Of a stretch of 64,000 bases of DNA, positions 48,188 through 56,294 are shown piece after piece. Both the position numbers and the translations under genes were made by a program. The stretch covers positions 4,160,001-4,224,000 of the forward strand of contig OZ223236.1 of assembly GCA_965140445.1 (NCBI GenBank), given 5' to 3'. The notes under the pieces were generated by a model, which saw only the letters and a program-made list of their open reading frames with translations, did no database searches and was not told the origin of the DNA. The DNA is from Candidatus Ozemobacteraceae bacterium (GTDB lineage Bacteria > Muiribacteriota > Ozemobacteria > Ozemobacterales > Ozemobacteraceae). The stretch's first letter is position 1. Each line of letters begins with the position of its first letter.

Positions 48188-49303
48188 TTGCCAAATATAT
48201 TGCTGACAATTTTCTTTTTTTTGATTCATCCTTTAATAGTCTTGGGAGATCAAGTTCCCAACAATCTTGGGCATGGCTATGAGTTTGAAAATAATGGTAA
48301 AGCCCGTGGTCATATTTTTTCAAAAACCTATGAAAAAAACAATCCAGAATTCCCCTCTTTAAATGTTTCAAAGGACCTTAGCGAGGGAATAAAAAGAACA
48401 TTGCAATATTTGAAAAGATCTTCCAGCAGAAAAACTTTTAAATCTGGGAATTTGACTATTTCAGGGCGTCAGTTAATAAAAGCGGCAGAAATTATTGATG
48501 CATTTGCCAAAACAGGTATAGATAAACATCTTTCATCTCTGGGTTTTTTCCAGATAAAGGGAGAAGACGGTAAAGGCAATGTCCACTTCACTGGATATTT
48601 CACTCCTCTTCTGGAAGCCAGAGAAAAAGCCGACGAAGTTTTTAAGTATCCAATATACGCCATGCCAAAAAGCAGACCAATTCCTACAAGGCAGGCAATT
48701 GACAGCCAGAACGCTCTGGCCGGAAAAGGACTTGAACTAGCATTTACAAGCAATCTGCTTGATAATTTCTTCCTTTCTGTTCAAGGCTCAGGCATTCTAA
48801 AATTTGCTGATGGAAAGCAAAAATCTGTCGGTTACGCAGGCTCAAACGGTCATCCTTACAGAAGCGTCGGAAAAATGCTCATAAAAAAAGGGGCAATATC
48901 TCCAGAAAAAATCTCGCTCAGATCAATTGAAAAGTGGTTTGAAGCTCACCCGGAACAATTAGCGCCAATATTGAATAAGAACCCTTCCTATTCGTTTTTT
49001 AAATGGCGTCGAAACAGGATTACAGGGGCTACCGGGCTACCATTGTCACCTATGCACTCAGTCGCAGTAGATAAGTCTTACATTCCATACGGAGCCTGTT
49101 TGATTGCAGAAGTGCCTTTATTAGATGAGAACGGTTCCTATAAATGTCATCAATGGCGAATTCTCTTTGCTCACGACACAGGAGGAGCGATTAGAGGCCC
49201 AGGACATCTGGATCTTTATCATGGGCAGGGCAGAGAAGCAGGATTCAGGGCGGGCGATTTGCACCACTACGGACGCGTATGGCTTATTCTTCCAAAAGAA
49301 TAA
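48188..49303 (+). CDS. mltA: Lytic murein transglycosylase MltA
   Basis: FTGYFTP, VQGSG, NPSYSFF, SVAVD, HDTGGAI and HLDLY (3D domain). Confidence 0.92.
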   Translation: MPNILLTIFFFLIHPLIVLGDQVPNNLGHGYEFENNGKARGHIFSKTYEKNNPEFPSLNVSKDLSEGIKRTLQYLKRSSSRKTFKSGNLTISGRQLIKAAEIIDAFAKTGIDKHLSSLGFFQIKGEDGKGNVHFTGYFTPLLEAREKADEVFKYPIYAMPKSRPIPTRQAIDSQNALAGKGLELAFTSNLLDNFFLSVQGSGILKFADGKQKSVGYAGSNGHPYRSVGKMLIKKGAISPEKISLRSIEKWFEAHPEQLAPILNKNPSYSFFKWRRNRITGATGLPLSPMHSVAVDKSYIPYGACLIAEVPLLDENGSYKCHQWRILFAHDTGGAIRGPGHLDLYHGQGREAGFRAGDLHHYGRVWLILPKE

Positions 49304-49451
49304 GTTTAACGATTTTAAACCGGGAATTTCCCATAAAGAATCATCACCTCTTAGAACTTTTCTTGACTTGGTGTCATAAAAAGACTAACCTCATGGTGGT
49401 TTTATTAAGCCAATTTTTAAAGCCTTTCAGGCTTGCTAAGGAGCGAAATAT

Positions 49452-49946
49452 ATGACTACTGCGAAAAAAGGTGACCTCGTGTTTGTACACTACACAGGCT
49501 CATTTGATACAGGCGAAGTTTTTGATTCCAGCAAAGACAGCTCCCCTCTCCATTTTGTATTAGGCGAAGGCCAGATCATACCTGGTTTTGAAAAAGCAAT
49601 TATGGGAATGGCCATCAATGAAAAGAAAAGTGTTGAACTTGAACCAAAAGATGCATATGGCCCATTTTCAGAAGAAAAAATAATCACCACCGAAAGAGAA
49701 AATTTTGGTGAAGGTTTTGAACCAGAAAAAGATCTTCAAATTGCTCTTCAACTTGAAGATGGAAATAGAGCAATTGCAACAATTAGAGATTTTGATGAAA
49801 AATCTGTTACTCTTGATCTCAACCACCCTCTTGCAGGCAAAAACCTTAATTTTGACCTTGAATTAGTTGACATTAAAGATGCCTCTGAAGAACCAACTTG
49901 CGGAAGCGGAGGTTGCTCAAGCTGTTCAGGCTGTGGGCACGATTAA
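49452..49946 (+). CDS. slyD: FKBP-type PPIase, SlyD-like
   Basis: VHYTG, IPGFE and DLNHPLAGKNL motifs; Cys-rich tail. Confidence 0.9.
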   Translation: MTTAKKGDLVFVHYTGSFDTGEVFDSSKDSSPLHFVLGEGQIIPGFEKAIMGMAINEKKSVELEPKDAYGPFSEEKIITTERENFGEGFEPEKDLQIALQLEDGNRAIATIRDFDEKSVTLDLNHPLAGKNLNFDLELVDIKDASEEPTCGSGGCSSCSGCGHD

Positions 49947-49958
49947 TTAGATTGAGAC

Positions 49959-49998
49959 AAAAAAGCTCTCGGGTTATAATGGCCTGAGAGCTTTTTTT
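49959..49998 (+). terminator. Intrinsic terminator
   Basis: AAAAGCTCTCGGGT...GCCTGAGAGCTTTTTTT. Confidence 0.75.
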
Positions 49999-50012
49999 AT
50001 GGAAGGTAAACA

Positions 50013-50984
50013 ATGCAGAAAAAATTTCAAATTATTTTCATAATCCTTTTATCTTTTATTTCCACACAAATTTATGCGCAAGAAACCCATCTTTTTGTTG
50101 CCGCAACAAATGTTAGAATCAGATCTATTCCATCCACATCAGGAAAAGTTACGGATACAATGCCATTAGGCACTTATAGAGAGATTCTTGGCATAAGCAA
50201 AGAGCAGGATGAACTAATTGGTAAAAAGGATTTCTGGTATAAAATTAATGGAATTAAAAATACATCGGGCTGGATTTTTGGAGGCTTAACCGAAAAAGCG
50301 AATGCATCAAATAAATTCAAAGTTGCATCAGACTTGATCATAAGTCGCTTAAAGTTACAGGGAAAGCCATTAAAGGACGATGAACAACTATATAACTTTG
50401 CTAAAGAGGTTCGAAACCAGACGGTAGTTCCCGAGCAAAAAGCAAAACTCGAAATGCTTTATTTAAAAAGTGTTCAAAAAATATTTGATTCTCTTTCCAT
50501 GATGGGAAAAGGGTTTGAAACGACTCACCCTTCTATAAAGGAAAACGCAGAAAACGTTTACTACCATGAAAGCGCTGGTCAGCACTTTGTTCACCCAAAT
50601 GCTTATTGGACACTGGAGTCTCAATTCGCAAATTTACCAGGAATTGCAGAAGAAATAGCATGGATTGCAGCAAACCAACAGCTGCCAGGTGAAACCGAAG
50701 GCGATCCAACTATGACTCTGATGTTTTACCTTGAGTCCTATGGAAAATACATAAAAAAATATCCGGTAGGCCCAAATGCCGACAAAGCAGTAGAAATTGC
50801 TGCGGCCTATCTGGAAGGAATGCCAGAAGGAATAAAAGGATATTTTAAACCCGAGCATGAAACTTTTAAGAAAGAGTTTATTCTAAGTTTGTCAGACCTG
50901 GAAAACTCCCTGAAAAGATGTAAAGACACTGGTGACAGATCAAAGGCTCTTTCAATAATCAAAGCAATCCGGAAAGCTCTTTAA
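50013..50984 (+). CDS. Exported SH3b-domain protein
   Basis: Signal peptide; NVRIRSIPS...WYKI...GWIFGG. Confidence 0.75.
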   Translation: MQKKFQIIFIILLSFISTQIYAQETHLFVAATNVRIRSIPSTSGKVTDTMPLGTYREILGISKEQDELIGKKDFWYKINGIKNTSGWIFGGLTEKANASNKFKVASDLIISRLKLQGKPLKDDEQLYNFAKEVRNQTVVPEQKAKLEMLYLKSVQKIFDSLSMMGKGFETTHPSIKENAENVYYHESAGQHFVHPNAYWTLESQFANLPGIAEEIAWIAANQQLPGETEGDPTMTLMFYLESYGKYIKKYPVGPNADKAVEIAAAYLEGMPEGIKGYFKPEHETFKKEFILSLSDLENSLKRCKDTGDRSKALSIIKAIRKAL

Positions 50985-51813
50985 ACCAATTTGGCTTCTC
51001 AAAATCAACTGGGATTCCACCAGATTTAATAAGAATTTCATTCCCGGCCCATAGGCTCTTTTCTGAGCTTATGGGCTTTACTACATAAACCGGCCTGCCT
51101 ATTTTCTGAGCCCACCTGGCACTAATCATTGATCCACTCTTAGCAGAAGCCTGAATAACAAAAACTGCTTCTGAAAGCCCTGCAATAATCCTGTTTCGGG
51201 TTGGGAAAAAACTCTTGTATGGCAAAGTGCCTGGCAATAGTTCCGAAACAATGTTTTGCTTTATTCGTAAATGGTTAAAAAGCTCTGTGTTTTCTTTGGG
51301 ATAATTAACGTCTACACCGGTCCCCATAACAGCGATGGTTTTTCCTCCACAATCAACTGTAAACTGATGTGCCAAAGTATCAACTCCTTTAGCTCCACCA
51401 CTTACAATACAAATTTTCTGCTCAACAAGCCTTGTAACAAGTTGCTTAACAATTTCCAATACACACCCAGAAGCCTTTCTTGCTCCAACAACTGCTACCT
51501 TACGATCTGGCACAATATCTCTGTAGCTAAAAAGGACTGGTGGTGGTTCAGTTAGTTTTGCCAGGAGTTTTGGATAGTTTAAGCCACCATAATAAGAAAA
51601 ATGTAGTTGGTTCTCCTTAATAAGGTCGATTGCAAGCCTAACTTTTTCATCAAGTCCGGATTTATCGGGGTATCTGGCTTTAATCGCTTCATCATCCCGG
51701 ACTTTATCAAGAGCAATTGAGGGCTTTTTCCACTCATCAATTAAATGCTTAAATTTTGCTGCGCCCACCCCTGGAATGCGACTCAAAAACAGTGCTGCAA
51801 AAAATTCTTCCAT
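50959..51813 (-). CDS. dprA: DNA-processing protein DprA/Smf
   Basis: PPPVLF, AVVGAR, VSGGAKGVD, FPTRNRIIAGLS and SGSM motifs; probable start ATG 51813. Confidence 0.93.
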   Translation of the reverse strand: MEEFFAALFLSRIPGVGAAKFKHLIDEWKKPSIALDKVRDDEAIKARYPDKSGLDEKVRLAIDLIKENQLHFSYYGGLNYPKLLAKLTEPPPVLFSYRDIVPDRKVAVVGARKASGCVLEIVKQLVTRLVEQKICIVSGGAKGVDTLAHQFTVDCGGKTIAVMGTGVDVNYPKENTELFNHLRIKQNIVSELLPGTLPYKSFFPTRNRIIAGLSEAVFVIQASAKSGSMISARWAQKIGRPVYVVKPISSEKSLWAGNEILIKSGGIPVDFEKPNWFKELSGLL

Positions 51814-51887
51814 ATGGTTCCTCTCAAGACACGATTTACAATCAATCTTCTTTAGACTCTCCCTTTTAATACAAGGACTAATCAATA

Positions 51888-51916
51888 TTGACCAACGGCC
51901 ATGATAGTGCTATAAT
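51888..51916 (+). promoter_or_regulatory. Sigma70 promoter of rplY
   Basis: TTGACC-17 nt-TATAAT with extended TG. Confidence 0.75.
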
Positions 51917-51951
51917 AGCTAATCATTTAAAATATCGAAAGGAAAATTTCT

Positions 51952-52551
51952 ATGGCAGAGTTTATTTTTAACGCTGAAGTAAGAAACCAGACAGGCAAAG
52001 GCGATTCACGAAGATTAAGAGCAGCAGGCAAAGTTCCAGCTGTTATTTATGGTAAAGAACTGACTCCAGTTCACATCGCACTTCCACTTATCGAAACAAC
52101 TAAGACTTTAAGAAAAGCTAACAGGAATGCTATTTTTGAAATTCAGCTTCCAAATGCTGAAAAAAGAGAAGTTATCTTAAGAGATTTCCAAAAGCATCCT
52201 ATTAAACTTTATTATTCACATCTTGATTTCCAGGCAATTGAAATGGATAAACCAATCGCGGTTGACGTTGAAGTTGTTTATGTTGGTACACCAATTGGTA
52301 AGAAATTTGGTGGTGTTTTCACTTCTCTCTCTAAGAAAGTTAGAATTGAAAGCCTTCCAGCAAAAATTCCTCAGGTTATCAAATTGAACATTGAAAACCT
52401 TGAAGCAGGCGCTTCTTATCACGTTTCTGACATCCCAGCAGGTGATTTCAAAGTATTAACTAATCCAAAAATTGCTTTGTGTCAGGTTTCTAAGGCCAAG
52501 GAAGAAGAAACAGCTGAAGGTGCTGAAGCAGCTGCTGAACCAGCAAAATAA
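51952..52551 (+). CDS. rplY: 50S ribosomal protein L25/Ctc
   Basis: GKGDSRRLR..GKVPAVIYG, QKHP and HLDF; long Ctc form. Confidence 0.96.
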   Translation: MAEFIFNAEVRNQTGKGDSRRLRAAGKVPAVIYGKELTPVHIALPLIETTKTLRKANRNAIFEIQLPNAEKREVILRDFQKHPIKLYYSHLDFQAIEMDKPIAVDVEVVYVGTPIGKKFGGVFTSLSKKVRIESLPAKIPQVIKLNIENLEAGASYHVSDIPAGDFKVLTNPKIALCQVSKAKEEETAEGAEAAAEPAK

Positions 52552-52561
52552 TAGTCTAATA

Positions 52562-52587
52562 GCTTGCGCACTGAAAAGTGCGCAAGC
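52562..52587. other. Perfect 11-bp hairpin without U tract between rplY and carD
   Basis: GCTTGCGCACT-GAAA-AGTGCGCAAGC. Confidence 0.6.
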
Positions 52588-52646
52588 AATCTACACTTTT
52601 GTTCTTGAATTTATAGAAAAATTTTTCCCATCAGGAGTATCATTGA

Positions 52647-53155
52647 ATGTATAGTTTTGAAGTTGGATCTCCCATTGTTCATCCAATTCACGGTGCTGGA
52701 ATTTTAAAAAAAATTGATAAAAGACAGGTGAGAGGAAGACTTTTAAGCTATTATGTAATTGATTTCCCCTACTCAGATTTGGGACAGGTAATGGTTCCAA
52801 TTGAAATGGCAGATAAGTAGGGCTTAGAGAAGTTATTGAGGACGAATTTGTTGACTCAATTTTTGAAACTTTAAGTATTGGCTTTACTGATGAGGAAGAA
52901 GAAGAAAGCAAAAGTTTTCACCAAAGATATCGAGAGTATCTGGAAAAAATCCAAAGCGGAGACTTAAACCAGGTAGCAACAGTTTACAGACTTCTTTTTA
53001 GAAGAAGTATGATAAAACCACTTGGAACAAAAGACAAAGCTTTGTTCGAAACAGCCAGACAGCTTCTAATTTCTGAAATAGTCTTTGCTAAAGACGTTAT
53101 CGATTCTGAAGCAAAAGCAATGCTGGACGAAGCTCTTGAAGAAATGGTTTTTTAA
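52647..53155 (+). pseudogene. carD: CarD family transcription factor split by a 1-nt frameshift (pseudogene or assembly error)
   Basis: Frame 1 MYSFEVGSPIVHPIHGAG...VMVPIEMADK* (TAG 52818-52820); -1 frame continues VGLREVI...KIQSGD..QVATVYR...ARQLLISEI to TAA 53155. Confidence 0.85.
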
Positions 53156-53174
53156 GATTTAAAATTGCATATAA

Positions 53175-53205
53175 AAAAAGGCCACGCTTAAAGCGTGGCC
53201 TTTTT
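53175..53205. terminator. Bidirectional terminator
   Basis: AAAAAGGCCACGCT...AGCGTGGCCTTTTT. Confidence 0.85.
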
Positions 53206-53220
53206 CTTTGTTACAAACAA

Positions 53221-54189
53221 TTACCAGGCTTTATTCTGAACGAATTCCGGGTTTACTGTCAAAGTTGGAACTTTTCCTTCAAATGCTTCTAAAACAGAAT
53301 TCACAACCAGCTTTGCCATTTCTGTTCTGGTTTCAATAGTTCCTGAACCAATATGGGGCAATAAAACAGCATTTGAGCACTCCAATAGTTCTTTATTTAC
53401 CAGCGGCTCATCTTCAAAAACATCGCATCCGCCATAAAAGATCTTTTCATCTTTTAAAGCTTTAGCGAAAGCTTTTTCATCAATTACCGGTCCCCTTGCC
53501 GTATTTATCAAAACAGCTTCTGGCTTCATCTTTTCAAACTCTTTTTCTCCGATCAGGTGCCTGGTTTCATTATTTAAAGGACAATGTAAACTGATAACAT
53601 CGCTTTCTCGTAAAATAGTCTCCAGTTGTACCGAAGGGTAAGGAAGGTGATTTTTAACTCCCGATCTAGTGTAATAAAGAACATTCATACCAAAAGCTTC
53701 AGCTCTTTTTGCCAGCGCTTCACCAATTCGTCCCATTCCGATTATGCCAAGGTTTTTACCTTTTAAATCCCTTCCGAGGAGAAGATCCGGCTTCCAACCT
53801 TTAAACAAACCTTTTCGAAGCAGTTTTTCGGATTCAGGAATTCTTCTCAAACACATTAAAATCAATAACATTGCAGTGTCAGCAGTTGCATCTGTAAGAA
53901 CATCTGGAGTATTAGTCACAGCCACCCCGATTTCATTACATTCTGATACAGAAATGTTGTTGTAACCAACAGCATAATTTGCAATTAAACGAAGTTTAGA
54001 ACTCATTCTGCCTAGAAATTCTTTATTAATTTGATCAGATAAAAGTGAAACAATAGCGTCAGCATCTTCAGCTTGCGCAATAAATTGATCTATACTGCTT
54101 TCTTCTGTAAGAACAACAACATCATAACCAGCATCTATTAACCTCTGTTCCTGGCCGCCAGGAATAGGATTTGAAAAAACAACTTTCAT
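53221..54189 (-). CDS. D-2-hydroxyacid dehydrogenase (glyoxylate reductase type)
   Basis: NYAVGYNN, GIIGMGRIG, LHCPL, INTARG and PHIGS motifs. Confidence 0.93.
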   Translation of the reverse strand: MKVVFSNPIPGGQEQRLIDAGYDVVVLTEESSIDQFIAQAEDADAIVSLLSDQINKEFLGRMSSKLRLIANYAVGYNNISVSECNEIGVAVTNTPDVLTDATADTAMLLILMCLRRIPESEKLLRKGLFKGWKPDLLLGRDLKGKNLGIIGMGRIGEALAKRAEAFGMNVLYYTRSGVKNHLPYPSVQLETILRESDVISLHCPLNNETRHLIGEKEFEKMKPEAVLINTARGPVIDEKAFAKALKDEKIFYGGCDVFEDEPLVNKELLECSNAVLLPHIGSGTIETRTEMAKLVVNSVLEAFEGKVPTLTVNPEFVQNKAW

Positions 54190-54403
54190 ATCATCTGCCT
54201 CCATAATCAAACAAAATGCTTGCGTGAAAGATTAGAAAAACTATCTTATTAATGCATTACTGTCAAATTTTGAATTTAATCTGATTTCCTCTTTTTCAAT
54301 CATTTACCCGAGGCAAAATTAATTGTGTACAAAATTTTTCTTGCAATAGTTTTTCTGCAGGAACATAATAGTTACCCCTAATTACGGTATAAGGACAAAA
54401 CGT

Positions 54404-56092
54404 ATGACACTCCCATCTGACCTATTAGCTCTTTTCGGCCACCATTCAAACATACTTTTGCTAATCGGACTCACGATTCTCTTAGGAACCTGTGGAGCCA
54501 GGATTTTTCAAAAATTACGTATTCCCCAGGTTGTTGGGTTTATTGTAATGGGTATTGTTATTGGTGACTCAGGTTTCAAACTTCTTTCGAAAGAATTTGT
54601 TCTATCTATGTCCATGCTAAACTTCATGGCATTGGGTATAATCGGATTCAATATCGGCGGCGAATTAAAACTAGCAACTTTCAAAAAGCATGGGAAGCAA
54701 TTCATCTTCCTTCTATTAAGTGAAGGCCTGGGTGCCTTTTTTCTGGTTTCAATTTCCACAACAATAATCTCTTATTACTTTACACGAAATCCTGCAACTT
54801 CTCTTGCATTGGGCTTGCTTCTTGGTGCAATTTCATCTGCAACCGCCCCTGCTGCTACAGTAGATGTCGTTTGGGAATACAGAGCTAAAGGCCTTTTAAC
54901 AACGACGCTCATGGCTCTTGTTGCTCTAGACGATGGACTTGCACTTCTACTATTCAGCTTAGCTTCTGCTGCAGCAAAAATGCTTACCGCACCAAACACA
55001 ACTCTTTCACTTTTTGAGATATTAAAAGAGCCTGCTTACGAAATTTTTGGCTCTATTTTTGTTGGCTTCATATTAGGTGCAATTTTAAACAGATTAATCA
55101 GGGCTTTACGTGATCCGGAAAAGACTTTGGATTTTACCTTTGGTTCTATTCTTCTTGTTTGTGGAATTGCTATTGCCACTGAATTAAACGTTATTCTTGC
55201 TGCTATGGTTTTGGGAACAACCATTGGAAATCTTGCACCTCAAAGAAGTAAAGAGGTTTTTGAGATTGTAAAGCGTTTTGCTCCACCTATTTATGCCTTA
55301 TTCTTTGTATTTGTTGGTGCTCGCCTTCAGATTTTTGGACTTCCAGCAATGGGATGGGCTCTGGCAGTAGCATTTTTGTTTGGCCGATCCATAGGAAAAA
55401 TTTCTGGGATTTACTTTGGAGCAACCTGGCTCAAGAGTCCTGCAAAAATTAGAAAGTGGCTCGGACTAACACTTTTCAGCCAGGCAGGGGTAGCAATAGG
55501 TTTATCTATTCTCGCCAGTCAAAATTTCCCTGGTGAGCTCGGAAACCTTATATTGCTTGTTGTTACTACTACAACCTTTATCGTTCAGCTTATTGGGCCT
55601 CCATGCGTAAAGCTGGCTTTGCAGAAATCAAAAGAAATTGGATTGGACGTTACTACTGAAAGTCTCATGGAAGGATTAACTGTATCAGAAGTAATGCTCG
55701 ACCCTCCTCCGGCAATTCACCCACATGACAGAGCATGTACCGTGCTCGAACGATTTGCCGACAGCCCAACTCATGCTTATCCTGTTATTGATACTGGAAG
55801 TCACCTTAAAGGAATGATAATGATTGATGATATTCGAGATGCATGGAATATTGGGCATAATACCCTAATTTTGGCTGACGACATGATGGTTCCACCTTCA
55901 GAAGTTATTATCGCCTCTACCCCTTTAAGCGAAGCTCTAAGTCTGGCAAATGAGCTAGGTCTTGAAGTTTTACCAGTTGTAGATTCTTCAGAAACCTGTA
56001 ATCTTGTAGGCTTGCTTGATACGAGGGTTATGCAACAAATGCTTATGCGCGAAATGCGAAATAAACGAATTATTGCCGCCCAGGAAGACTAG
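54404..56092 (+). CDS. Cation:proton antiporter with C-terminal CBS pair
   Basis: ATAPAAT, ALDD, FFVFVGA and SQAGVAIG motifs; two CBS domains. Confidence 0.88.
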   Translation: MTLPSDLLALFGHHSNILLLIGLTILLGTCGARIFQKLRIPQVVGFIVMGIVIGDSGFKLLSKEFVLSMSMLNFMALGIIGFNIGGELKLATFKKHGKQFIFLLLSEGLGAFFLVSISTTIISYYFTRNPATSLALGLLLGAISSATAPAATVDVVWEYRAKGLLTTTLMALVALDDGLALLLFSLASAAAKMLTAPNTTLSLFEILKEPAYEIFGSIFVGFILGAILNRLIRALRDPEKTLDFTFGSILLVCGIAIATELNVILAAMVLGTTIGNLAPQRSKEVFEIVKRFAPPIYALFFVFVGARLQIFGLPAMGWALAVAFLFGRSIGKISGIYFGATWLKSPAKIRKWLGLTLFSQAGVAIGLSILASQNFPGELGNLILLVVTTTTFIVQLIGPPCVKLALQKSKEIGLDVTTESLMEGLTVSEVMLDPPPAIHPHDRACTVLERFADSPTHAYPVIDTGSHLKGMIMIDDIRDAWNIGHNTLILADDMMVPPSEVIIASTPLSEALSLANELGLEVLPVVDSSETCNLVGLLDTRVMQQMLMREMRNKRIIAAQED

Positions 56093-56123
56093 CAGGAGAA
56101 GATTTTTTCCTGAAATTGCATAC

Positions 56124-56162
56124 AAAAAGATGGCTTCTATTTTAAAGAAGCCATCTTTTTTT
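56124..56162 (+). terminator. Intrinsic terminator
   Basis: AAAAAGATGGCTTCT...AGAAGCCATCTTTTT. Confidence 0.85.
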
Positions 56163-56294
56163 CATCATTTTTTTCATCTTTTTTTGCAAAATTCATAGTC
56201 AGCTTAATTTTTTTAAGCCAATGCAAATCCAAAATTTCCTTCCATAATTTTTATAAGTATAATGAGATAGTTATACTTTTATTTTGGGGGAAGT

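Noticed and set aside
52805..52825. Programmed -1 frameshift or TAG read-through in carD
   Set aside because: No slippery heptamer; the -1 frame has TAA at 52814-52816 just before the junction, and read-through would stay in the wrong frame
52591..52911. 106-aa minus-strand ORF
   Set aside because: Antisense shadow of carD; the Ser run mirrors GAA repeats
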